From Thermoleophilia bacterium (GTDB lineage Bacteria > Actinomycetota > Thermoleophilia > Miltoncostaeales > Miltoncostaeaceae), in contig JANLSO010000056.1 of the NCBI GenBank assembly GCA_031362405.1, positions 2,981 through 66,980 on the forward strand: 64,000 bases of DNA. Reading direction: 5' to 3'. The notes below the pieces were generated by a model, which saw nothing but the letters and a program-made list of their open reading frames with translations, did no database searches and was not told where the DNA came from. Shown here in pieces: positions 32,477 through 41,722 of the stretch (its first letter is position 1; every line of letters starts with the position of its first letter). The translations under genes were made by a program, and so were the position numbers.

Positions 32477-33447
32477 TCCGAAAGGATCTCGCCGCTCTCT
32501 GCCTTGCGGTCGTCGCGCTGGTCGCGGGGTGTTCGAGCGAGACCCCGCCCCCACCCGGCCCCGCGCCGGAGGGTGGCCGACCTTTCGCCGACTCCAGCTT
32601 CTGGAACACGCCGCTCGACGCCGACGCGCCGCTCGACCCGGCGTCCGACGCGATCACCGCTGATCTGCGGCGCCAGGTCGAGGCCTACGGTGCGTGGATG
32701 AACACCGACCGCTTCAGCACGCCGGTCTACGTCGTGCCCGACGATGCGCCGACGGTCGCGGTGTCGATGGGAATCCCGGATCCGAAACTCCAGTCACGCG
32801 TCGAGGCGGTGCCGATCCCGGAGACCGCGGTTCCGGCACGGGGTACCGATCGGCACCTGGTGATCTGGCAGCCGGGCCGCGACGTCATATGGGAGTTCTG
32901 GCAGGCCGCGCGCGCGCCGGGCGGGCCCTGGACGGCCCAGTGGGGCGGCAGGCTCGACCGGGTCTCGGCGAGTGACGGTGTCTTCGCCGCGCCGTACGGG
33001 GCGTCCGCGACGGGCCTGGCGATGATCGGAGGCATGGTCCTGCTCGACGAGGCCCGAGCGGGCCGTATCGACCACGCCATCGCGCTTGCCGTTCCCGAGG
33101 TGCGCGCCAACGTCATCCGGGAGCCGGCGCAACGCGGCGACGGCACATCCGATTCTTCGGCGTCTGTTCCCGAGGGCGCACGGTTTCGCCTCGACCCGGC
33201 GTTGGATCTCGACAGCCTGGACCTGCCGCCCTTCACCCGGATGCTCGCCGACGCCGCTCAGACGTACGGAATCGTGGTGCGCGACGTCTCGGGTGTCGTC
33301 AGCTTCTACGGTGAAGATCCTCTGCCGACCGGAAGCGGGGCCTTCGAGAACGCCTTCGGTGGGCTCCCCCCATCCGAGATCGCCGGAGCGTTCCCGTGGG
33401 AGCACCTGCAACTCCTCCCGCCGCTGGCCGACGTGAAGCGAGGATGA
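32473..33447 (+). CDS. lipoprotein of unknown function (paralog of 45216..46244)
   Basis: GTG 32473 overlaps the ppdK stop. Lipobox LVAGCS. Conserved blocks shared with the paralog: SFWN.PL, DRHLVIWQP, WEFW, GRIDHAIALAVPEVR, EGARFRLDPALD, YGIVVRD, FYGEDP. Confidence 0.7.
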   Translation: MIRKDLAALCLAVVALVAGCSSETPPPPGPAPEGGRPFADSSFWNTPLDADAPLDPASDAITADLRRQVEAYGAWMNTDRFSTPVYVVPDDAPTVAVSMGIPDPKLQSRVEAVPIPETAVPARGTDRHLVIWQPGRDVIWEFWQAARAPGGPWTAQWGGRLDRVSASDGVFAAPYGASATGLAMIGGMVLLDEARAGRIDHAIALAVPEVRANVIREPAQRGDGTSDSSASVPEGARFRLDPALDLDSLDLPPFTRMLADAAQTYGIVVRDVSGVVSFYGEDPLPTGSGAFENAFGGLPPSEIAGAFPWEHLQLLPPLADVKRG

Positions 33448-33678
33448 ACGGGCGATCTCAGGCGTGCGGGCGGTATACCTGGGCTTTCGCTCCGTCCGGT
33501 TCAAAGCCCAGGCTGCGGTAGACGCGGCCCGCGGCGTTGGTCGCCTCGGTCCTGTGCCCCAGCACCGCAAGGTCGGTTGCCCAACCGGGTGGGAGAGAAG
33601 ACATCCGCGAAAGGCTAGGCCGGCGCCGTCATCCAAGTAGGCAGAACGCGGGCTGCCCAGGGCCACCGCCGCCAGGAC

Positions 33679-33722
33679 GGGAAATGTCATAACCGGTGTC
33701 TGGCACCGGTTATGACATTTCC
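33679..33722. repeat. 44-nt palindrome (19-nt arms, short centre)
   Basis: GGAAATGTCATAACCGGTG-tctgg-CACCGGTTATGACATTTCC. Lies at the 3' end of the second DUF4143 pseudogene. Confidence 0.9.
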
Positions 33723-33744
33723 CCGGTGGCATGACGCACTGCGC

Positions 33745-34640
33745 CACAGGCTGGAGCGAGGAATAGCCCAGATGCGATCCCCCATCGGCGGCGTGTTTGC
33801 GCCTGGGTAAAGCACGAGCGCACGCGCAAAACGGTTGCCGAGCGCGGATTAAAACGTCGGAGCCCGGCCACCTGGCGGACTCTCGGTGTTGACGTGGCCT
33901 TGATCTCGATCCCGCGACCCGGCCGGTGGCGCGATCCTCGACGACGAGGTCGATGTCGTCGCCATCTCTGTCGCGGAAGTGCAACAGGTCGACCGCGATT
34001 TGGCGCCAGGTCACCTGCTTTCGTAGCTCGTTCACGACGAACATCTCCAGTAGTGCTTTGGCTATGGTCCCGGGGAGGTCGGTGGAAGATCGTGCGCTCC
34101 GACCCGCGTAGCCCGCGCCGCCAGCTCGGTATCGACCACATGGACTCCTGATCGCCGCTGGAGGTCGTCTCCCGTCGAAAGCTGGGCATTTCGCGCGATG
34201 CGACGTCGTCGATGTAACGGACGTCCGGGCTCGCCGGCGGGTTGAAACTCGTCGATGTCCCGCGGGGGATGGGAGGTGTCCAATAGGCAAAACGCTCATC
34301 AGGGAGTCCTCGAAGCTCGACGGTCGCCGTCCGCTGGACCGGCAGAACGCGGGCTGAGGGGTCCGGGGCAGAGGGTGGCCGCTCAAGTATTTTGGCCCTC
34401 GTGCCGAGAGACCTCGCGAGCGACGCACAACCGCAAACATGTGAAAGCGGTGGGAGATGACGCGAACCGACCAGGGTTCGAGCATGCCACTCGGGGATCG
34501 CCACGACTTCCAAGATTGGGTGGGCGAGGTGACGTCCGAGATACAGGTCCGCGAGCGCGGACCGAGCGGCACCGGCAGAGACCGCACCCAGGCTGACGGT
34601 CCCGAGCGGCATGAGCCGATCCCTCGGCGGTTGTTCTCCT
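33745..34640 (-). pseudogene. second DUF4143-type ATPase, heavily degraded
   Basis: Family pieces are scattered over all three minus frames: IDEFQ; VHVVDTELAA; ALLEMFVVNELRKQVTW..LLHFRDRDGDDIDLVVED; GIEIKATS; and LGNRFARALVLYPGANTPPMGDRIWAIPRSSLW. These compare with the equivalent blocks of 5218..6290. The recognisable pieces lie within 33760-34290; the upper boundary is uncertain. Confidence 0.55.
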
Positions 34641-34643
34641 GGC

Positions 34644-35639
34644 TCACCGGAGTGGCGAGCCGCTGACCTTCCGCTCTTTGATGCGTCCGACGAGATAACC
34701 CGCGGTAGCGCACGCGAGCCCCGCGACGATGGCGCCGGAGCGGAGTATCCCGTTTCGATCGCGCCCCGTGAGGCTGTCGCACACGCCGCGGGCGACGCCT
34801 CGAGGAAGCACCACCCGGGCGTGAGCCCGCTCCGACTCAAGCCCGTCACCACTTCCGACGAGCCGCGACAATTGCGCTTTTGAGAGGCCCTCGATGTAGC
34901 AGCGCGAGACGAAGTACGACCAGGTCGACCGAGCGGCGGGTACCTTGTGAGCCACACGGGCTGTGGGCTCGTAGAGCATCACCCCGCCACGGCGCTGACG
35001 CGCGCGAATCGAGAACTCCGTGTCGTCGTTTCCAAATGGCCGTGCACCGACCCGACCCGATTCGGATCGGAAGCCTCCGACCTCCGCGATGACATCTCGT
35101 CGGAACGACATGTTCGCGCCGATGAGGTTTCGTACCCCGGCGGTCTGTTCGGGCAGCCCGGTGTAGGTGCAGCCGACCACCCAGTTGAACTCGCCGGGAA
35201 AGAAGTTGGGGCGGCCGACCTGCCAAACCGGATCGATCCCACCCCCGGTGCCGACGACCCCGGGGTCGGTGTAGCCGACAACCAGCCGCGCGAGCCAGGT
35301 CGGCTCCGCGACGGCATCGTCGTCGAGGAACGCCACGATGTCCGAGCGGCAGTGCCCAGAACCGGTGTTGCGGGCACCGGACAGACCTCGGTCGCCGGCG
35401 TTGGGTACCGCCACGACGTGGGGAAGAGCGTCGCGCACGCGGTCGAGAAGGCCCGGATTGTGGTCAACGACCACGACCGTCTCGAGCGGGGCGAGGGTCT
35501 GCTCATCGACCGACGCCACCGCCTCGAGGAGATCGTTCCAGCGATCGTCCGTATACGCGCTGATGACCACCGAGATCGTTGATGGCACGCGCGCTCGGCC
35601 GACCTCTTCATCGACGGTGTCGAGGTGCGACAGACTCAC
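34644..35639 (-). CDS. family 2 glycosyltransferase
   Basis: ISVVISAYTDDRWNDLLEAVASV, LSGARNTG and FLDDDAV (DXD) motifs. GTG 35639 overlaps the stop of the upstream gene (GTGA), which I prefer over the listed start at 35720. Confidence 0.85.
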   Translation of the reverse strand: MSLSHLDTVDEEVGRARVPSTISVVISAYTDDRWNDLLEAVASVDEQTLAPLETVVVVDHNPGLLDRVRDALPHVVAVPNAGDRGLSGARNTGSGHCRSDIVAFLDDDAVAEPTWLARLVVGYTDPGVVGTGGGIDPVWQVGRPNFFPGEFNWVVGCTYTGLPEQTAGVRNLIGANMSFRRDVIAEVGGFRSESGRVGARPFGNDDTEFSIRARQRRGGVMLYEPTARVAHKVPAARSTWSYFVSRCYIEGLSKAQLSRLVGSGDGLESERAHARVVLPRGVARGVCDSLTGRDRNGILRSGAIVAGLACATAGYLVGRIKERKVSGSPLR

Positions 35640-36373
35640 CCGCCAACACTCGACTCGTTCAGTGCCCGACCGGAGATCGCCGGTGCGGACGCCAGCGGCT
35701 GGCGCGCGCGCTCGCGCCACAAGGTGCGCAAGACGCGAAGCCCGTCACGAAACGTATTCAGGTTGCTCTGGCCGTGGATCCGGCAGTCTTCGAAGCTCGG
35801 CACCTCGACGACCACCAGGCCCGCCCGAGCGATGCGGACGTTGATCAACGTCTCGACCTCAAAGCCGCTGCAATCGACGTCCATGTGCGGCAGGCAGCCC
35901 GCCCAGAAAGCGTTGTAGCCGTAGCAGAGGTCCGAGTACGTCGATCCGTAGACCCGGTTTGCGACCCGGGTCAGCACCCAGTTACCGGCCTTGCGCATCA
36001 GCGTTATGTCCGCGCTACCGCCACCGGCCATGAACCGAGAGCCCTTGGCGAAGTCGGCCCCCGCGCGCAGCGCCGCCACGTAGGTCGCAATCTCCTCGGG
36101 CCGCTGAGAGCCGTCGGCGTCGATCATGACGATGATGTCGCCTCGGCAGGCCGCAAAGCCCGCCGCCAAGGCGTCGCCCTTGCCGCGGCCCGGTTGACCC
36201 AGAATCCGAACCTCCGGATACAGATCACGTGCCACCTCGACAGTTCCGTCGGTCGATGCGCCGTCCACGAGAACGATTTCGTAGATGTCGTCGGGCAGGC
36301 GCGCGAAGACGTGCGGGAGGTTCTTCGCCTCGTTCAACGTGGGGATGACAACGCTCACACGTGGCGCAAGCAT
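35636..36373 (-). CDS. polyprenyl-phosphate sugar synthase-like GT2 (Dpm1/Ppm1-like)
   Basis: VSVVIPTLNEAKNL, VLVDGASTDGT, GKGDAL, IVMIDADGS, and GSRF..GG..YGYNAF match dolichyl/polyprenyl-phosphate glycosyltransferases. ATG 36373. Confidence 0.75.
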   Translation of the reverse strand: MLAPRVSVVIPTLNEAKNLPHVFARLPDDIYEIVLVDGASTDGTVEVARDLYPEVRILGQPGRGKGDALAAGFAACRGDIIVMIDADGSQRPEEIATYVAALRAGADFAKGSRFMAGGGSADITLMRKAGNWVLTRVANRVYGSTYSDLCYGYNAFWAGCLPHMDVDCSGFEVETLINVRIARAGLVVVEVPSFEDCRIHGQSNLNTFRDGLRVLRTLWRERARQPLASAPAISGRALNESSVGG

Positions 36374-36785
36374 CGTCTGCTCAGGATGGGGCCAGGGCGA
36401 TCTCGTGTCGTCCCGTCGTGCGACCATTATTCGTCTCCCTCGGGCACCGGTGATTACTGCCGCAACCGCAAGAATCTGACTCTTCGACCCTTCGCGCCTC
36501 GCTATTGCACCCTGAGAGTCTCGGCCGCGCCCCCCCCGTTCGGTCAGGGAGGCATCCCTCACATGTGGACAACCCCCGTTCTTCACGTAAAAAAAACATG
36601 AGATCAGCGGCTGCCGCTCGGGGCGGGGGCGCTAAGGTCCCTCTCGCCCGCCAGGGCCGGTGCGGCCAGCGGGTAGCCACGTCCGGCGCCGGCGGTCATG
36701 CCCGAGGCGGGCCGGACGCGCGAGCTGTGCCCGGTTAGGCCGGGCCTTCGCGAGGCCGCCGTAACGCGACCGAGGTGTCACCTAC

Positions 36786-38048
36786 ATGGCTGGTGGTTCT
36801 TCAGCGCGCCCCCGCCGCGACCCCGGTCGGCCCACACGGCTCACGGCGCCCGTGACCGTCCGACAGATCAACGCTGGCGAGCCGGCGGCTGAGATCGCGC
36901 TGGGCCACGCTCGCGATGGAAGCCCCTACCGAGGCCTGGCCGCCGTGATCACCCGGGACGGCCGACCTGTCGGGTTTGTCACCCTTCCCGCCTCAGACGG
37001 GCGAGTGTCCGCTGAGCGTCTGCGACAGGCGATCGAGGATCTCACGCCGACCACCACGACCCTCCCGCATCGCAGCGTTTCGCGACCGGCCGGCACGGTC
37101 GTCGTCACGACCTGCAACTCGCCGACGTCACTCATCCGCACCATCGATTCCATTGTCCCCGGCCTTGCCGTCGACGACCGCGTGTTGGTAGTTGAAAATC
37201 GCCCGGACGGTTCCGTGGTGAAGGCTGCGCTTCACGAAGCTTTCGGCGGTGATCCCCGGATCGGGTACATCGAGGAACGGCGTCCCGGGCTCGGCCGTGC
37301 CCGCAACGCCGCCCTTGCGGTCTGCCAAACCGAGTTCATCGCGTTTACCGACGACGATGTGATTGTCGACCCGGCCTGGAGCCAGTGTCTGTTCGACACG
37401 CTCTGGAGCGATGCTGCGACCGCGGTCGTGACCGGGCTGATCGTTCCGCTTTCGCTGGAGACCCCATCGCAGATCACGCTCGAGGAGTTCGCCGGCTTTG
37501 CGAAGGGCTTTGAGCGGCGCCGCTTCGATATGGCCGATCGGCCGAAGGATCCACTGTTTCCGTTCGCTGCCGGGCAGTTCGGTTCGGGGGCGAACATTGC
37601 GTGCCGCGTATCCATGCTCCGGGGTATCGGCGGGTACGACGACGCGCTCGGCACCGGCACGCCTGCGCGCGGGGGAGAGGACCTCGACCTGTTTACGAGA
37701 GCCCTGCTGGCGGGGCACGCGTTGATCTACGAGCCGGCCGCGTTCGTCTGGCACGAGCACCCCGATACGCCGAGGCGGTTGCGCCGCCAGACCTTCGCGT
37801 ACGGGGCGGCGCTGTCGGCAACCATCACCAAGCAGCTCGTGGTCGGACAGCATCGACGTGAGCTGCTGCGGCGCGTCCCGGCCGGCCTTCGTTACCTCGC
37901 GAGCCCCGATTCGGTGAAGAACGAACGAAAGAGCGCCTCCTATCCACGCCACCTGACGGTTCTCGAATTGGCAGGGATGCTCGTCGGGCCCGTCGGCTAC
38001 CTGCGCAGCCGGGCCGCGACCCGAAGGGCGAACCGCGCGTGCGCCTGA
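36786..38048 (+). CDS. family 2 glycosyltransferase with N-terminal extension
   Basis: VVVTTCNSPTSLIRTIDSI, GLGRARNAA and FTDDDVIVDPAW (DXD) motifs. About 110-residue N-terminal region of unknown function. Confidence 0.85.
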   Translation: MAGGSSARPRRDPGRPTRLTAPVTVRQINAGEPAAEIALGHARDGSPYRGLAAVITRDGRPVGFVTLPASDGRVSAERLRQAIEDLTPTTTTLPHRSVSRPAGTVVVTTCNSPTSLIRTIDSIVPGLAVDDRVLVVENRPDGSVVKAALHEAFGGDPRIGYIEERRPGLGRARNAALAVCQTEFIAFTDDDVIVDPAWSQCLFDTLWSDAATAVVTGLIVPLSLETPSQITLEEFAGFAKGFERRRFDMADRPKDPLFPFAAGQFGSGANIACRVSMLRGIGGYDDALGTGTPARGGEDLDLFTRALLAGHALIYEPAAFVWHEHPDTPRRLRRQTFAYGAALSATITKQLVVGQHRRELLRRVPAGLRYLASPDSVKNERKSASYPRHLTVLELAGMLVGPVGYLRSRAATRRANRACA

Positions 38049-39796
38049 TTCCTCGGGGGACAGACTCCGCGACCCACTTCCTGCGCAGTGCCTACAGCCT
38101 CGTCATCAACACGGCCGCCACGGGTCTGCTCGGGGTGGCTTTCTGGATCGCGGCCGCCCGCCTTTTCCCCATCGAGACCGTGGGTCGCGACAGCGTTTTG
38201 ATCGTCACGATGATGACGCTCTCGACCATCTGCCAGTTCAACATGGTCAACCTGTTCGTGCGCTTTCTTCCCCAGCAGACCCGGCCCGCCCGGCTGATCC
38301 TGATCGGATACGGGGTGAGTTGCGGGCTCGCAATCGTTCTCGGCTCGGGCGCGATGCTCCTGATGCCGCGCGTATCCGATGACCTGGCCGGGCTGGGATT
38401 CGATTCCGGCCTTGGTTGGCTGTGGGTCGCCAGCCTGGCCCTTTGGGGCATCTTCTGCCTTCAGGACGCCGCGCTGACCGGCTTGCGTCAGGCGCCGTGG
38501 ATTCCCGTGGAGAACACCGCTTTCGGCCTCGCAAAACTCCTTTGCCTGCCGCTGTTTTTGGCCGTCGGCGCGACGAACGGAATCTTCCTGGCCTGGGTGC
38601 TGCCCATGGCGCTCCTGCTGATTCCGGTCAACGCGATCGTGTTCGGGCGGGCCACGTCCCGGCACGTACCCGCCGCGCGAGAGGAGGGGGACCCCGGGCT
38701 CCGTAGCCCGGAGTTGCGCAGGTACCTGCTTCTCGACTACACCGCGGCCACGTTCATCCAGGGGCTCTACACCGTGCTCCCCCTCCTTGTGCTGGCGATC
38801 CTGGGGAGCGCGAACAACGCATATTTCTGGATTCCGTTCTCCCTGGTCACGGCGATCGACATGATGAGCCTGAGCGTCGCGACATCGATGACCGTCGAGG
38901 GCGCCTACGCGCAATCGGAACTCGCTCAGCTGGCGCGGACCGCCGTCCGGCGCTTCGCAGTGTTCGTGCTCGGCGCGGCGGCGGTCCTCATCATCGCGGC
39001 ACCGCTCGTGCTCGCGCCGTTCGGCGCGGAGTACGTCGCCCGCGGCAGCGGCCCCCTTCGCGTGCTGGCCATCGGCGTGGTGTGCCACGGGGTGATCGAG
39101 TTGTTCGTGGGGCTGGCCAGGGTGCGGCGCCACGGTCGCGGTCTGGCGCTCTTGGGGATCGCCCGATGCGTACTCGCCCTGCTCTTGTGCGGCCTGCTCG
39201 GCGCGCGGTTCGGCGTGATGGGCGTGGCGGTCGGGTGGTCGACGATGAGCGTCATCGTGGCGCTTGCCGTGCTGCCCTCGGTTGTGCGCGTGCTCTCCGT
39301 TGACGGCTCGAAGGATGCGCCACCGGTGCGCCTCGCGACCGCCCGCGCCCGAGCCGCCGCCGGCCGCGTATGGGCGCGCAGTGGGCCGTATGAGCGTGTT
39401 GCCCTTGTCTCGAGCGCTCTTGGCCTGATCGCCGCCAGCGGCATCCTCCCCTCGGTTCCTGCATTTCTGCTCCTTCTCGGTTTCGTCATGACCGCCCCGG
39501 GTGCCGTCGCATTGGTGCTCGTCTGGCGACTCGGCACGCCACCGGAGTCGACGATCGGTGTTGTCGCCGGCATTGGCCTTGGCGTGCTGGTGGTGCTCGC
39601 GCAGTCGATGCTCTGGCTCGGGGCCTGGTACACGCGCGGCTGGTTGGGTCTCCTTGCGCTCGCGTGTTTGGCGATCCTCGCCACCCGGGCACTGTCGCGG
39701 CCGCTCTGGCCGGCAGGAGGCACGCTGGATCTTGCGGCCCGCCTCCGTCGCGTGGTCCCTTTCACCTCGCGCACGGACGTCGAGGGCAACCAATGA
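38039..39796 (+). CDS. polysaccharide biosynthesis/export membrane protein (Wzx/MOP flippase-like)
   Basis: 585 aa and almost entirely hydrophobic helices (12 or more). The N-terminal SAYSLVINTAATGLLGVAFWIAAARLF is typical of the polysaccharide biosynthesis protein family. Overlaps neighbours on both sides. Confidence 0.65.
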   Translation: MRLIPRGTDSATHFLRSAYSLVINTAATGLLGVAFWIAAARLFPIETVGRDSVLIVTMMTLSTICQFNMVNLFVRFLPQQTRPARLILIGYGVSCGLAIVLGSGAMLLMPRVSDDLAGLGFDSGLGWLWVASLALWGIFCLQDAALTGLRQAPWIPVENTAFGLAKLLCLPLFLAVGATNGIFLAWVLPMALLLIPVNAIVFGRATSRHVPAAREEGDPGLRSPELRRYLLLDYTAATFIQGLYTVLPLLVLAILGSANNAYFWIPFSLVTAIDMMSLSVATSMTVEGAYAQSELAQLARTAVRRFAVFVLGAAAVLIIAAPLVLAPFGAEYVARGSGPLRVLAIGVVCHGVIELFVGLARVRRHGRGLALLGIARCVLALLLCGLLGARFGVMGVAVGWSTMSVIVALAVLPSVVRVLSVDGSKDAPPVRLATARARAAAGRVWARSGPYERVALVSSALGLIAASGILPSVPAFLLLLGFVMTAPGAVALVLVWRLGTPPESTIGVVAGIGLGVLVVLAQSMLWLGAWYTRGWLGLLALACLAILATRALSRPLWPAGGTLDLAARLRRVVPFTSRTDVEGNQ

Positions 39797-41661
39797 CCAC
39801 CGCTGCAGTCCTCGCGCGGACCGTCCCGCCGCGCGACTCGCCGGCGGCTCGCGTCGTTGCCCATGCCGCGGTCGTCATCGCCGCGACCGTGCTGTGGCTG
39901 GTCGCCCTTTCGCAGACCGAACTCGAGCAGATGCGCGGCCTGGGATTGATCGATGCCCTTCCTCCCACCTACTTCGCGGCAGTCCTCTTGGCGGTTTCGG
40001 GCGCGATCGCCGCGTTCATCGGCCGATCGGCGATGCCACGCGCGTTCTTCGTCCACCTCGGAGTGCTGATCGTCTTCCTGCATGGGACCACCGCGGTGCT
40101 CTATGACGAACCGCGCTACCCGTGGGTCTACAAGCATCTCGGGGTCATCGACTACATCCAGATGCACGGCGGCGTCGACCGCTCCATCGACATCTACAAC
40201 AACTGGCCGGGCTTCTTCGCCAGCAATGCTCTGCTGTCGGGAGCGACGGGTATCGAGCCTTCCGTCTACGCGCCGTGGGCACAGGTCTTTTTCAGCGCTC
40301 TCACCGTCGCGGCGACGCTTTTCGCCATCCGGCCCCTGGTCGACGACCGCCGCCAGCAGATGCTGGTCGTGCTGCTCGTCGTCCTCGGCGATTGGATCGG
40401 TCAGAACTACCTCGCCCCCCAAGCCTTGGCATTTCCGTTGATGCTCGTCGTCCTTGGCTTCTGGCTGCGGCTTGCCCCCGGCGAGGGCGGCAGCAGTCTC
40501 GCGCGGGCGACGACGGGGGCCTGGGTTCGCATCAGCGCCCGAACCCGAGCCCCTCGGCGCGTCGATGCGCGGCCGGCCGCGACTGATCACCAACGTATCG
40601 GCACCGGGGTGGCGCTCGCGCTGGCCGCCGCCCCGGCGCTGGCGGTGGTCCTCACACACCAGCTTTCGCCCATCGTGCTCATCGTGTCCACCGTGATGCT
40701 CGCGCTCGTCACCGGCCGGCGCCTGGGTATCGCGATCGCCGGGCTGGTTGCCGCAGAGGTCGTCTGGATCGCCTTGGCATGGCCCTACCTGAACAACCGC
40801 ATCTCATTGGTCGAGTTCGGCGGAGTTCCCACCGCTGCCCCGGTCACGACCGCTCCGTCCTTACCCCACGCGGACCTCACCGCCCTGTCTGCGCGTATGG
40901 TCGTCGCCGTCATGGGCCTGCTCGTCATCGCCGGGTGCCTGCGCCGGCTGCGCCACGGCAAGGAAGTCGCCGCGCCGCTCGCGCTGATCGCCGCGCCCCT
41001 GCTGATCGTGCCGCTCCAGTCCTATGGGGGAGAGGGTGGTCTGCGGGCCTACCTGTTCGCCCTGCCGTGGCTCGCCGTCCTCGCGTCTGACGCCCTCATC
41101 GGGATCGACCTGTGGTTGCGCCCTGCCGGCGAGCGCGCGACAACGCGCGCGCGGATCGCCGGAGCCATCGGGCTCGGGGCGGCGGTCAGCGTGGTTTCGG
41201 CGCTTACCCTGGTGGCCTACTTCGGCCTCGAGTTGGAGAACTACGTGGGCTCGGAAGACGTGCGCGCCAGCCGCTGGTTCGAGCAGACGGCGCCCGACGG
41301 TGCCGTGCTCGCCTTCCTGGCGCCCGGGTTTCCCGAGCGTATCGCCGGGCGCTACGCCGAGCTCGCGGTGAGTGCCTCATCGTTCAGCCCGTCGTTGACC
41401 GAGGACCCGTACACGCGGAATCGACTTCTTCGACGATCGACGCGGATGGAGGCCATCCGCGGGTTGATGAACGTCCTGCCGCAACGCGATCGCTACCTCG
41501 CGATCGGGCCGAGCCAGACTCGGCCGGTCGAGTTGCACGGCGTCCTGCCACGCGATGTCACTGCAGCGATCCCCCGCGAGCTGCGGGCGGCCCGCGATTT
41601 CCTGGTCGTCTACGACCGAGGCGGAACCGTGATCTTCCGCTACATCCCGGGGCGCGCATGA
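39793..41661 (+). CDS. large polytopic membrane protein, possible GT-C-type glycosyltransferase or polymerase
   Basis: ATG 39793 overlaps the previous stop (ATGA). Multi-helix N-terminal two thirds with YDEPRYPWVYKH and IYNNWPGFF loop motifs, then a soluble C-terminal region. No family confidently recognised. Confidence 0.45.
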   Translation: MTTAAVLARTVPPRDSPAARVVAHAAVVIAATVLWLVALSQTELEQMRGLGLIDALPPTYFAAVLLAVSGAIAAFIGRSAMPRAFFVHLGVLIVFLHGTTAVLYDEPRYPWVYKHLGVIDYIQMHGGVDRSIDIYNNWPGFFASNALLSGATGIEPSVYAPWAQVFFSALTVAATLFAIRPLVDDRRQQMLVVLLVVLGDWIGQNYLAPQALAFPLMLVVLGFWLRLAPGEGGSSLARATTGAWVRISARTRAPRRVDARPAATDHQRIGTGVALALAAAPALAVVLTHQLSPIVLIVSTVMLALVTGRRLGIAIAGLVAAEVVWIALAWPYLNNRISLVEFGGVPTAAPVTTAPSLPHADLTALSARMVVAVMGLLVIAGCLRRLRHGKEVAAPLALIAAPLLIVPLQSYGGEGGLRAYLFALPWLAVLASDALIGIDLWLRPAGERATTRARIAGAIGLGAAVSVVSALTLVAYFGLELENYVGSEDVRASRWFEQTAPDGAVLAFLAPGFPERIAGRYAELAVSASSFSPSLTEDPYTRNRLLRRSTRMEAIRGLMNVLPQRDRYLAIGPSQTRPVELHGVLPRDVTAAIPRELRAARDFLVVYDRGGTVIFRYIPGRA

Positions 41662-41722
41662 TCTCGCGCGAACGTTGCGCCCCTACGTCCATTGTTCGGT
41701 ATGCGGTGCGAGGGGGTCGACG

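Noticed and set aside
32794-34957. 662-aa and 415-aa minus-strand ORFs spanning the lipoprotein gene, intergenic DNA and the pseudogene region.
   Set aside because: They are chimeric read-throughs: antisense to a real gene at one end and crossing palindrome and pseudogene fragments elsewhere. Only short stretches resemble a protein family (DUF4143), and those are split between frames.
37997-40659. Two long minus-strand ORFs (598 and 577 aa) opposite the flippase-like and GT-C-like genes.
   Set aside because: Their extreme Arg/Gly/Asp/His content is what results from reading hydrophobic-helix codons in reverse. The plus-strand membrane proteins are far more plausible.
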